A DNA stretch of 36,785 bases from an uncultured Gammaproteobacteria bacterium (GTDB lineage: Bacteria; Pseudomonadota; Gammaproteobacteria; JADZEE01). The DNA lies in contig CAYOJP010000004.1 of the NCBI GenBank assembly GCA_964404305.1, forward strand, positions 1,624-38,408. The letters are read 5' to 3'. The notes under the pieces were generated by a model. It did not search any database. It was not told the DNA's origin and saw only the letters and a list, made by a program, of their open reading frames with translations. A program made the position numbers and the translations under genes. The number at the start of each line of letters is the position of its first letter. Position 1 is the first letter of the stretch. Below, piece after piece: positions 1 to 7,879 of this stretch.

Positions 1-127
1 GAGCTCGCCGGTTTCATCGTCCGCCGCGACCGCTGAGCGGCAGCGGTTCCTCGCATGGGGGTGCGGCGCCGCCTGGCCGTTGCCCCGGCCCGGGAACCCG
101 CACGCGGAGGACCCGCTCGAAGCCGGC

Positions 128-442
128 ATGGCCTCTGGCGCCCGCGGTGTGCCCGTCCTGCGCGCAGTGCTGCTCGCGCTGGCGACCGTTCCGGCCGCCG
201 CCGGCCCCGTGAAGATGCGCGACTACGCGCTGCTGCGGTCGGGGATGAGCGAGGCCGAGGTGATCTACCGGCTCGGGCCCTGCGACCACGAGGTCGTCTA
301 CCAGGATCCGCGCAACTACCTGCTGCGCAAGGTCTGCTACTACCTGCCCGGGCCGCGGCCGTCCGGCGGCTGGATCACCGAGGTGCGCTACGACCACGGC
401 GGACAGGTCACCGCCCTCGCCCGCTACCGCGGCCGGCCCTGA
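128..442 (+). CDS. small exported hypothetical protein
   Basis: In frame with track ORF 80..442. The ATG at 128 gives MASGARGVPVLRAVLLALATVPAAAG, a signal-peptide-like N-terminus, and GGAGG lies about 17 nt upstream. The LRSGMSEAEVIYRLGP motif is reminiscent of BamE/SmpA_OmlA-like small periplasmic proteins, but this is a motif-level match only. Confidence 0.55.
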   Translation: MASGARGVPVLRAVLLALATVPAAAGPVKMRDYALLRSGMSEAEVIYRLGPCDHEVVYQDPRNYLLRKVCYYLPGPRPSGGWITEVRYDHGGQVTALARYRGRP

Positions 443-445
443 GCG

Positions 446-1255
446 TCACCCGGGCGCGCGCTTGGCCTCTTCCCACAGGCGGTCCAGTTCCGCGGCCGTG
501 GCGGTCTGCGGAGTCCGGCCCTGCGCCCGCAGGCGGGACTCGACGTGCCGGAACCGCCGCTCGAACCGCGCGGTCGCCCGTCGCAGGGCGCCTTCGGGCT
601 CGACGCCGGCGTGCCGGGCGAGGTTGACGCAGGTGAAGAGCAGGTCGCCCAGTTCGTCGTCGATCCGCCGCTGCTCGCGCGGCGCCGCCGTCGCGGCGCT
701 CCGCAGTTCGTCGATTTCCTCGGCAAGCTTGTCCCACACTGGTGCAATGTCCGGCCAGTCGAAGCCCACCCGCGCCGCCCGCCCCTGCACCTTGCCGGCC
801 CGCGTCAGCGCCGGCAGGCCCGCGGCGATGCCGTCCAGCGCGCCGGCCGGCGGGCCGGCGCCGCGCGTCTCGCGCTCGGCGCGCTTGTGCTCTTCCCAGG
901 CGACCGTCTGCGCCTGCGCGTCGGCCACCTGCGCGTCGCCGAACACGTGCGGGTGCCGCCGCTCCAGCTTGTCCGCGATCGCGGCGACGACGTCGGCGAA
1001 GGCGAACAGGCCCGCTTCCTCGGCGATGCGCGCATAGAAGACCACCTGGAACAGGAGATCGCCCAGTTCGCCGGGCAGTTCGTCCAGTGCGCCCCGCTCG
1101 ATGGCGTCGGCCACCTCGTAGGCCTCCTCCAGCGTGTGCGGGACGATCGTCGCCAGCGTCTGCTCCCGGTCCCAGGGACAGCCGCCCTGCGGGTCGCGCA
1201 GCCGCGCCATGATCCCGAGCAGGCGGTCGATGCCCGCGCCTCCTTCGTCGTCCAT
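446..1255 (-). CDS. mazG: nucleoside triphosphate pyrophosphohydrolase MazG
   Basis: Matches E. coli MazG by eye along its length: IDRLLGIMARLRDPQGGCPWDREQT, TLEEAYEVADAIE, GDLLFQVVFYA, KLERRHPHVF, plus a second MazG repeat in the C-terminal half. The track ORF starts at GTG 1279. The ATG at 1255 is preceded by GAGGTGG and fits the E. coli N-terminus better. Confidence 0.9.
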   Translation of the reverse strand: MDDEGGAGIDRLLGIMARLRDPQGGCPWDREQTLATIVPHTLEEAYEVADAIERGALDELPGELGDLLFQVVFYARIAEEAGLFAFADVVAAIADKLERRHPHVFGDAQVADAQAQTVAWEEHKRAERETRGAGPPAGALDGIAAGLPALTRAGKVQGRAARVGFDWPDIAPVWDKLAEEIDELRSAATAAPREQRRIDDELGDLLFTCVNLARHAGVEPEGALRRATARFERRFRHVESRLRAQGRTPQTATAAELDRLWEEAKRAPG

Positions 1256-1349
1256 CCGTGCCACCTCTTCCCGCCGCACGGGCGTAAATGCTTGAATTGC
1301 GTTGTCCGATGCAATACAAATGCGCAGTCAACCCACGCGATGCACGCCG

Positions 1350-1922
1350 ATGTCACCGCTCATCCTCAGGCTCGACGTCACCGGGACGCCAGTCACCTGG
1401 ATGGCGTGGCAGGACGCGGTCGTCCTGTACAGCCGCAACATGATCGCGTGGACCGCGGGGGATCGCGAGTTCACCTTCCGCGGCGGCACCTGCCGCCAGA
1501 CCGGCCGGCGCTCGCGGATCACCATCAACTCGATCGTCGCGGTGAAGCGCTCGCTGCCCGAGCGCTACGCGCGGCGCGGCGTGCCGCCGCTGAACAACAA
1601 GGAGCTGTTCCTGCGCGACGGCCACCTGTGCATGTACTGCGGCGGCGAGTTCAGGGAGTACCAGCTCACGCGTGATCACGTCGTACCCTTGTCGCGCGGC
1701 GGCAAGGATCGCTGGTCCAACGTCGTCGCGGCTTGCAGGCACTGCAACATCCGCAAGGGCAACCGCCTGCCCGAGCAGGCCGGCATGACTCTGCTCGCCG
1801 TGCCGTACGTGCCGAACTGGGCCGAGTTCCTGGCGCTCACCAACCGCCGCATCCTCGCCGACCAGATGGCGTTTCTCAAGCCGCAGTTCGCGGCCGGCGA
1901 CCGCCTGCTGAGCCTGCAGTAG
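1350..1922 (+). CDS. HNH endonuclease family protein with an N-terminal domain of about 90 aa
   Basis: HNH motif CMYCGG...TRDHVVPLSRGGKDRWSNVVAACRHCNIRKGN. The start is ambiguous: TTG 1302, ATG 1320 or ATG 1350. I chose ATG 1350 (MSPLILRLDVTG...). Confidence 0.8.
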   Translation: MSPLILRLDVTGTPVTWMAWQDAVVLYSRNMIAWTAGDREFTFRGGTCRQTGRRSRITINSIVAVKRSLPERYARRGVPPLNNKELFLRDGHLCMYCGGEFREYQLTRDHVVPLSRGGKDRWSNVVAACRHCNIRKGNRLPEQAGMTLLAVPYVPNWAEFLALTNRRILADQMAFLKPQFAAGDRLLSLQ

Positions 1923-1968
1923 GCTCCCGGCATCGACGCCCATTCGTGCCGCCCCGGCGCGCGACCGC

Positions 1969-2262
1969 ATGTACGTCACGATCGTCACGCTGCACGTCAA
2001 ACCCGGGCACATCGAGGATTTCCTGCGCGCGGTGCGCGTCAACCACGAGGCGTCGGTGCGCGAGCCCGGCAACCTGCGCTTCGACGTGTTGCGTTCGCAG
2101 GAGGACCCGTGCCGCTTCGTGCTGTACGAGGCCTATGCCACGGCGCAGGACGCCGCGGCGCACCGCCTCACGCCGCACTTCCAGGCCTGGCAGGAGACGG
2201 TGCCCGAGTGGTTCTCCCGGCCGCGAACAGCCGCCGTGTTCGACGGCCTGCACCCGGGGTGA
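1969..2262 (+). CDS. antibiotic-biosynthesis-monooxygenase (ABM) domain protein
   Basis: 97 aa; MYVTIVTLHVKPGHIEDFLRAV...RFDVL...FVLYEAY, typical of the small ferredoxin-fold ABM family. Confidence 0.7.
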   Translation: MYVTIVTLHVKPGHIEDFLRAVRVNHEASVREPGNLRFDVLRSQEDPCRFVLYEAYATAQDAAAHRLTPHFQAWQETVPEWFSRPRTAAVFDGLHPG

Positions 2263-2271
2263 AGGTCGCTC

Positions 2272-2934
2272 ATGGACGCTGAGTTCTGGCACGAGCGCTG
2301 GCGCACGAACCAGATCCCCTTCCACCAGGGCGAGGTCAACCGCGCCCTGCGCACGCACTGGCCGCGGCTCGAAGCGCAGCCCGGCGAGGCGGTGCTCGTC
2401 CCGCTGTGCGGGAAGTCGCTCGACATGCGCTGGCTGGCGCAGCAAGGCCATCCGGTCGTCGGCGTCGAACTCGATCCGATCGCGGTGGCGGCGTTCTTCG
2501 CCGAGTTAGGACTCGTGCCGGTGCGGGCGCCGGCGGGCGCCTGCACCGCGAGCAGCGCCGGACCCTACCGCCTCCTCGAGGGCGATTTCTTCGCCGTCAC
2601 GTCGCTGGACACCGGGGCGGCCCGGCTGGTCTACGACCGCGCCGCGCTGGTCGCGCTGCCGCCGGCGCTGCGGCCGGGCTACTGCGGTCACCTGCAGCGC
2701 CTCCTGCCGGCGGACGCGCGGGTGCTGCTGCTCACCTTCGAGTACGACCAGACGCGCATGAACGGGCCGCCGTTCGCGGTCGCCGATTCCGAGGTAAGGG
2801 CGCATTTCGAGCCGGGCTTCGAGATCGAATGCCTGGAACGACGGGAGATCATCGACGGCGAGCCGCGCTTTCGCGAACGCGGGCTGGAATCTCTGGTGGA
2901 GGTCGTCTGGCTGCTGCGACGACGCGCCGCATGA
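2272..2934 (+). CDS. tpm: thiopurine S-methyltransferase
   Basis: N-terminus FWHERWRTNQIPFHQGEVN and SAM-binding VLVPLCGKSLDMRWLAQQGHPVVGVEL are typical of bacterial Tpm. Confidence 0.85.
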   Translation: MDAEFWHERWRTNQIPFHQGEVNRALRTHWPRLEAQPGEAVLVPLCGKSLDMRWLAQQGHPVVGVELDPIAVAAFFAELGLVPVRAPAGACTASSAGPYRLLEGDFFAVTSLDTGAARLVYDRAALVALPPALRPGYCGHLQRLLPADARVLLLTFEYDQTRMNGPPFAVADSEVRAHFEPGFEIECLERREIIDGEPRFRERGLESLVEVVWLLRRRAA

Positions 2935-4112
2935 GCCCGTCCGTCGCCCGCGGCGGCGGGCGGCGCATCGGCGCCGTGCAGGCCCCGGTGGTGCCGATCG
3001 TCGCCGACCTCGTGCGCGCCCATCCGGGCACGATCTCCCTGGCCCAGGGCGTGGTCGGGTACGGTCCCCCGGCCGCGGCGCTCGCGGCACTGGCCGGGTG
3101 GGGCGAGGCGCCGGCCGATCATCTCTACGGGCCGGTCGCGGGGGAGCCGGAGTTGCGCGCGGCCTTCGCCTCCAAGCTCGCGCGCGAGAACGGCATCGAC
3201 TGCGACGCAAGCGATTACCGGGTCGTCGTGACCGCCGGCGCCAACATGGGTTTCCTCGCCGCGCTGCTGGCGGTGACCGATCCCGGCGACGAGGTCATCC
3301 TCCCCGTCCCCTACTACTTCAACCACGAGATGGCGATCCGGATGGTGGATTGCGTCCCGGTGCCCGTGGCGACGACCACGGGCTTCCAACTCGACCCGGG
3401 GACGGTCGCCGCGGCACTCACGCCGCGCACCCGCGCCGTCGTGACCGTCTCCCCGAACAACCCGAGCGGCGCCATCTATCTCCGCGAGGCGCTGGCGGCC
3501 GTGAACACCCTGTGCCGCGAGGCGGGGATCTGGCACGTCAGCGACGAGGCCTACGAGTACTTCGCGTTCGGCCCGACGCCGGTGACCGCGGTGGCCGCGC
3601 TGCCCGGCGCGCAGGCGCACACCATCGCGCTGTACAGCCTGTCGAAGGGCTACGGCTTCGCCGGCTGGCGCATCGGCTTCATGGTCCTGCCGGGCCATCT
3701 GCACGAGGCCGTGCTGAAGGTCCAGGACACGAACCTCATCTGCGCCACCCGCGTCGCGCAACGGGCGGCCGTGGCGGTGCTCGGCACCGACCCGGACTGG
3801 CGCGCTGCCCGCCTGGCCACCATCGCCGCGGTGCGCGGACCGGTCCTGGCGGCGCTCGGGGCGCTGGCGCCGGCACTGCGTCCGGTCGCGAACGACGGGG
3901 CGTTCTACGTGCTCGGACGGGTCGCCACCGACCTGCCCGACCTGGAACTCGTCCGGCGGCTGGTAGTCGACTTCGGCGTCGCGACGTTGCCGGGCTCCGC
4001 CTTCGGCCTGACGCAGGGCTGCCACCTGCGGATTTCGTACGGGGCCCTCCAGCCGGACACCGCCGCCGAGGGGCTCGGGCGGCTGGCGCGCGGGATCGCG
4101 GCCCTGACCTGA
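2931..4112 (+). CDS. PLP-dependent aminotransferase (class I/II)
   Basis: ISLAQG, TAGANMGF, NNPSG and YSLSKGYGFAGWRIGF (PLP-lysine motif). The ATG at 2931 overlaps the tpm stop (ATGA). The upstream part of track ORF 2406..4112 is an Arg/Pro-rich out-of-context extension. Confidence 0.85.
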   Translation: MSPSVARGGGRRIGAVQAPVVPIVADLVRAHPGTISLAQGVVGYGPPAAALAALAGWGEAPADHLYGPVAGEPELRAAFASKLARENGIDCDASDYRVVVTAGANMGFLAALLAVTDPGDEVILPVPYYFNHEMAIRMVDCVPVPVATTTGFQLDPGTVAAALTPRTRAVVTVSPNNPSGAIYLREALAAVNTLCREAGIWHVSDEAYEYFAFGPTPVTAVAALPGAQAHTIALYSLSKGYGFAGWRIGFMVLPGHLHEAVLKVQDTNLICATRVAQRAAVAVLGTDPDWRAARLATIAAVRGPVLAALGALAPALRPVANDGAFYVLGRVATDLPDLELVRRLVVDFGVATLPGSAFGLTQGCHLRISYGALQPDTAAEGLGRLARGIAALT

Positions 4113-4125
4113 CTACAATGCCCGC

Positions 4126-4515
4126 ATGAGCCGCACGCTGACGACCCTTGCCTTGCTGGCTGTCGCGCTGGCGATCACGCCGCCGGTCCCGGCGGCGGAT
4201 GCGAAGGGCAACTACGCGGTATTCGGCGCCGGCCGGATCTCGTGCAACACGTATCTCAATGACCGCCGGCAGGAGGCGCTCGACCGCTACAAGGCCTACA
4301 GCCTGGGTTACCTGACGGCCTGGAACGCACTGAGCGCCGAGACCTACAGCGTGAGCGGGGATCGCTCGCTCGAATCGATCCTCGGGCTGGTGGCGGACTA
4401 TTGCGAAGGGCATCGGGTCGAAGGGTTCGAGCGGGCATTGCGGTTCGTCGTCACCGGCTTCAACGATTCCCGCGTCCAGGCCGCACCGGAGCCCGGCCGT
4501 GGCTGGGGTCGTTGA
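4126..4515 (+). CDS. exported hypothetical protein
   Basis: MSRTLTTLALLAVALAITPPVPAADA is a signal peptide. The mature part has two Cys and no family I can name. Confidence 0.6.
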   Translation: MSRTLTTLALLAVALAITPPVPAADAKGNYAVFGAGRISCNTYLNDRRQEALDRYKAYSLGYLTAWNALSAETYSVSGDRSLESILGLVADYCEGHRVEGFERALRFVVTGFNDSRVQAAPEPGRGWGR

Positions 4516-4528
4516 GCGGGGCCGGGAA

Positions 4529-5194
4529 ATGACGGGCATCGAGGACATCGCGCGGCTGCTCGCGCGCTGCGTGACGGATGTCCCGTCGCTCGCGCCGGCC
4601 GCGGGGCGGCCGATCGGTGATGGCGTGGCGGACGAGCCCGCACACTCCCCGGCCGTCCCCGACCTGATCCCGGCCGCCGTCCTCGTGCCGCTGGTCGTCC
4701 GCCCGCACGGCTTGTCGGTACTGCTCACCCAGCGCACGGCCCACCTCGAGAAGCACGCCGGTCAGATCAGTTTCCCCGGGGGCCACGTCGAACCGCACGA
4801 TCCGGACTTCATCGCCACCGCCCTGCGGGAAACCGAGGAGGAGACCGGTCTCGCCCGGCATTTCGTCCAGGTGGTGGGCGCCCTCGACGAATGCCATACC
4901 GGCACGGGCTACCGGGTCGTGCCCATCGTCGGGGTGGTCAGACCGGGGTTCGCCCTGGCGCCGGACGCCTACGAGGTTGCCGAGGTCTTCGAAGTTCCGC
5001 TGGCCCACCTCTTCGAGCCGGCCAATCATGGCCGCCGGTCCGGCGAAGTCCGGGGCCGGCGGCGGGAATGGTATGAGATTGCCTACGGGAACCGGATGAT
5101 CTGGGGGGCAACGGCGGCGATGCTGGTCAATTTCCACGCCCGGGCGCACGCTGCGGAGGTCGTCGAAATGTTGACCTGGCGCAACAATACGTGA
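4529..5194 (+). CDS. NUDIX hydrolase, CoA pyrophosphatase type
   Basis: LLTQRTAHLEKHAGQISFPGG (CoA-pyrophosphatase signature) followed by the Nudix box GGHVEPHDPDFIATALRETEEETGL. An alternative start is 4499. Confidence 0.8.
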   Translation: MTGIEDIARLLARCVTDVPSLAPAAGRPIGDGVADEPAHSPAVPDLIPAAVLVPLVVRPHGLSVLLTQRTAHLEKHAGQISFPGGHVEPHDPDFIATALRETEEETGLARHFVQVVGALDECHTGTGYRVVPIVGVVRPGFALAPDAYEVAEVFEVPLAHLFEPANHGRRSGEVRGRRREWYEIAYGNRMIWGATAAMLVNFHARAHAAEVVEMLTWRNNT

Positions 5195-5312
5195 CGTATG
5201 CACGCCTTGCAGCATCGAAGCTGTTTGCGCTGTTTTGCAAAATAAGTCATGATTTCGCGAGAGGGTTTAGCCGACCTTCGGGGTCTAACCAACACGAACA
5301 GGAGAGGTACAG

Positions 5313-5603
5313 ATGACAAACCGTAACATTGTGCGTTTGAGCGCCGTAGCTCTGGCTCTCGGCCTCGCAGCTGGCTGCTCGACCGTGACCAAGGAGCAGC
5401 TCGACGCCGTGTCGTCCGCCGCGAACAGCGCACTGAGCGAGGCCCGTGCGGCCAAGTCGGCCGCCGACAATGCCGCCAGCGTCGCGAACCAGGCGAAGTC
5501 CGCCGCCGAGGCTGCCCAGCGTACTGCCGACGAGGCGCTCGCTTGCTGCAAGGACAACTCCGCGAAGATCGAGAAGCTGTTCGAGAGCAAGATGATGAAG
5601 TGA
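5313..5603 (+). CDS. OprI/Lpp-like alanine-zipper outer-membrane lipoprotein
   Basis: Lipobox LAAGC, an Ala-rich heptad coiled coil and a C-terminal Lys (..KMMK). AGGAGAGG RBS lies 5-6 nt upstream. A strong terminator follows. Confidence 0.85.
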   Translation: MTNRNIVRLSAVALALGLAAGCSTVTKEQLDAVSSAANSALSEARAAKSAADNAASVANQAKSAAEAAQRTADEALACCKDNSAKIEKLFESKMMK

Positions 5604-5626
5604 GCGCTACGCGCTCGCTTCGAAGG

Positions 5627-5652
5627 AACCCCGCTCCGGCGGGGTTTTTTTT
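5627..5652 (+). terminator. rho-independent terminator of the Lpp-like gene
   Basis: AACCCCGC-TCCG-GCGGGGTT stem-loop followed by T8 (5645-5652). Confidence 0.85.
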
Positions 5653-5676
5653 GCCCGCGGGCCGGCCCGCCGCGGT

Positions 5677-6648
5677 TCAGCGCCGGGGAGCGGTCTCGGC
5701 CATCGGCTCGGATGCGGGAATCGGCGCGACCCGGCCGATCACCAGCGGAATGCCGGACTTTTCTGTGACCGCACGCTGCAATTCGTTCCAGTGGATGCTG
5801 GTGGGACGCTTTCCGACCACCTGGGTGATCCGCTCGACGATCCGCCGGTACTGCGCCGACTGCAGCGTCGTGTCTTCCTCCAGCGGCGGCAGCACCTCCA
5901 CGAACAGTTCGTCGCCGCGGATCCCCACCTTGTAGGGCTGGTTCACGATTCGCACCGGCGTTCCGACCGGCACCTGCGGATAGAGCCGCTCGACGTCCAT
6001 CGGGAACATGCGGATGCACCCGTGCGTCACGCGCATGCCGATGCCGAGCTGCTTGTCCACGTCGGTGCCGTGGATCAGGTAGCCCTCGATGCCGAGCCGC
6101 AGCGCCCGCGACCCGAGCGGATTGTTCGGGCCCGGGGGCACGACCATTGGCAGCGGATCGCCCTTCTCCGCGTGTTCCTTCCGGATCGACGCCGGCGGGT
6201 ACCAGGACGGATGCTCCTGCTTGGCCACGACCCGGGTCACGCCCTTGGGCGTGTTCCAGTCCTCGCGCCCGACGCTGATCGGATGCGTGATGACGACCGG
6301 CTGCTCGTCCCCCTTGGGCTTCGGGAAGAAGTACAGCCGCATTTCCGGGACGTTGATGACGATGCCCTCGCGCGGCGTGTCGGGCAGGACGTGCATGGAC
6401 GGCAGCACGACCGTGGCGCCGTCGCCCGGGCTCCAGGGATTGACGCCGGGGTTGGCCCACTTCAGTTCGCGGTAGCCGTGGTTGTACCGGAATCCGAGTT
6501 CGGGAAACGTGTCCGCCCGGACGGTCGTGATCGACCGCAGCTCGCCAACGACGTTGTCCCCGGCCGCCGGGAGCAGGTACGTGAACGCATGGGCGGCCGC
6601 GGGCGCAGCCAGCGCGAGGGCGGTCGCCAGGGCGGGAACGAGCTTCAT
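5677..6648 (-). CDS. L,D-transpeptidase (YkuD/ErfK family)
   Basis: Signal peptide MKLVPALATALALAAPAAAHA. YkuD domain with NNPLGSRAL and catalytic VTHGCIRM. The upstream in-frame extension to 6729 is rejected. Confidence 0.88.
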   Translation of the reverse strand: MKLVPALATALALAAPAAAHAFTYLLPAAGDNVVGELRSITTVRADTFPELGFRYNHGYRELKWANPGVNPWSPGDGATVVLPSMHVLPDTPREGIVINVPEMRLYFFPKPKGDEQPVVITHPISVGREDWNTPKGVTRVVAKQEHPSWYPPASIRKEHAEKGDPLPMVVPPGPNNPLGSRALRLGIEGYLIHGTDVDKQLGIGMRVTHGCIRMFPMDVERLYPQVPVGTPVRIVNQPYKVGIRGDELFVEVLPPLEEDTTLQSAQYRRIVERITQVVGKRPTSIHWNELQRAVTEKSGIPLVIGRVAPIPASEPMAETAPRR

Positions 6649-6744
6649 GGGCCGGGGCTCTCGATGCGCACTGTTGGGCAATACCGCGACGATCCTAGCA
6701 GAGGGTACCGCCCCATGCTGCATCGCCACAGCCTGCAGACCCGT

Positions 6745-7455
6745 TCAGTGCTCGAAAGATTCCAATTCCATCACGAACCGGCCGCCCGGCAGCACCTGGC
6801 TGCCGGTGGTCTCGACCCGTTCACTGCGCACCAGTCCGACACCGCGGGCATACCAGTCGGTCTGCGCGACCGAGACGTCGGTCGGAAAGATCGTCTTGTC
6901 GCCCTTGAAGCGGGTCTTGCCGGTCGCCTTGACGCGCAGGCAGCCCTGGTACCGGCCGGCGGGGACCGTGACCGTGTCGTCGTCGGCCTCGACGACGAAT
7001 TCGAGCTGGACCGGCTCCTCCATGCGGTATTTGCGGCGGAAGGGGTCCACGGTCGTCTCCAGTACCCGGGTGACGCTGGGCTGGCGCCAGCGGCTGCCGA
7101 CCGTCACGGGCAGCGGCAGCACGGGCTGGGCCTCGGTCTCGAACACCGGCCCCTCGTCCTCGGGACGCTGGATCGCCACGCGCGCAACCCCGCCATTCGC
7201 GCGCTCGTAGTAGTGCAGCAGGCCCGCGTTGACGCGCCGCCGTTCCAGTCGCCGGCCCTCGACCATGACCGGCGCAAGTCCGAGCAGCGCGAGTCGCGAC
7301 TGGCGCCGCAGTTCGGTCGTCTGCACGACGATCGCATAGCGCCATTTCGCGCCCGGGGGCGAGGGGAACCAGTCAGCGGATCTGCCGCTGCAGGCCGCCA
7401 GGACGACCGCGACTGCAAGGACGACGCCGTGGGCAGCGACCGCTCTCGCGCTCAT
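6745..7455 (-). CDS. hypothetical lipoprotein
   Basis: MSARAVAAHGVVLAVAVVLAACSG has a lipobox. The start overlaps the stop of the upstream DUF423 gene (ATGA at 7452-7455). The long Arg-rich extension of track ORF 6745..7992 is rejected. Confidence 0.65.
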   Translation of the reverse strand: MSARAVAAHGVVLAVAVVLAACSGRSADWFPSPPGAKWRYAIVVQTTELRRQSRLALLGLAPVMVEGRRLERRRVNAGLLHYYERANGGVARVAIQRPEDEGPVFETEAQPVLPLPVTVGSRWRQPSVTRVLETTVDPFRRKYRMEEPVQLEFVVEADDDTVTVPAGRYQGCLRVKATGKTRFKGDKTIFPTDVSVAQTDWYARGVGLVRSERVETTGSQVLPGGRFVMELESFEH

Positions 7456-7877
7456 GCCCGTGCGGTGAACATCGCGATCGCGAGGGCCGCCCATCCGAGC
7501 AGGAACGCGAGGCCGCCGCCCGGCGTCACGGCCCCGAGCCAGCGCTGGCCCGTGAGGGCCAGCAGGTACAGGCTGCCGGAGAAGATCACGATGCCCGCCG
7601 CGAGCAGCACTGCGGACAGGCGCAGCCAGCCCGAGCCGGGCAGCCAGTGCAGGATCGCGCCGACCGCGACCAGCGCGAGCGCGTGCACGAGGTGGTACAG
7701 CACGGCGGTATGCCAGATCGCCAGCATCTGCTCCGACAGCGTGCCGCGCAGGGCGTGCGCTCCGAACGCGCCGGCGCCTACGCCCGCGAAGGCAGCGAAC
7801 GCGCCGGCGGCAATGACGAGGCGGTCGATGGGCACGGCGGAACGGTTCGCTTTCGTCGGCTGCTGACGATGCATCAT
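7452..7877 (-). CDS. DUF423 (YgdD-like) small inner-membrane protein
   Basis: 141 aa with four hydrophobic segments. GAFGAHAL...HTAVLYHLVHALAL is typical of DUF423. Confidence 0.8.
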   Translation of the reverse strand: MMHRQQPTKANRSAVPIDRLVIAAGAFAAFAGVGAGAFGAHALRGTLSEQMLAIWHTAVLYHLVHALALVAVGAILHWLPGSGWLRLSAVLLAAGIVIFSGSLYLLALTGQRWLGAVTPGGGLAFLLGWAALAIAMFTARA

Positions 7878-7879
7878 AA

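Noticed and set aside
1-36. Possible 3' end of an upstream plus-strand CDS (frame 1 ends at TGA 34-36).
   Set aside because: Only 11 codons are visible, so it cannot be supported.
1350-1922. HNH nuclease as part of a restriction-modification or phage-defence system.
   Set aside because: No methyltransferase, ATPase, helicase or other defence-associated partner lies nearby. The neighbours are housekeeping genes (mazG, ABM, tpm).
2406-2930. In-frame upstream extensions of real genes in the ORF track. Examples are 2406 for the aminotransferase, 25152 for the Mo subunit, 29126 for LysR, 7992 for the lipoprotein, 13892 for LLM1 and 18470 for HyuB.
   Set aside because: The extensions overlap the preceding gene, are compositionally junk, and sit upstream of internal starts that have better RBS or homology support.
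5195-5312. Lower-GC region upstream of the Lpp-like gene with a possible leader hairpin (GGTTTAGCCGACCTTCGGGGTCTAACC); considered as an sRNA.
   Set aside because: It is most simply the promoter plus 5' UTR of a highly expressed lipoprotein gene. It has no independent terminator or conserved motif that I can recognise.
5791-7866. 691-aa plus-strand ORF. Similar long ORFs occur at 10191..12560(-), 12441..14024(+), 18758..20572(+), 22247..23923(+) and 31806..33638(-).
   Set aside because: Each is antisense or out of frame to a CDS with clear family motifs (L,D-transpeptidase, ALDH, LLM, HyuA, thiolase, P450). Each has a low-complexity Arg/Pro/Gly-rich translation.
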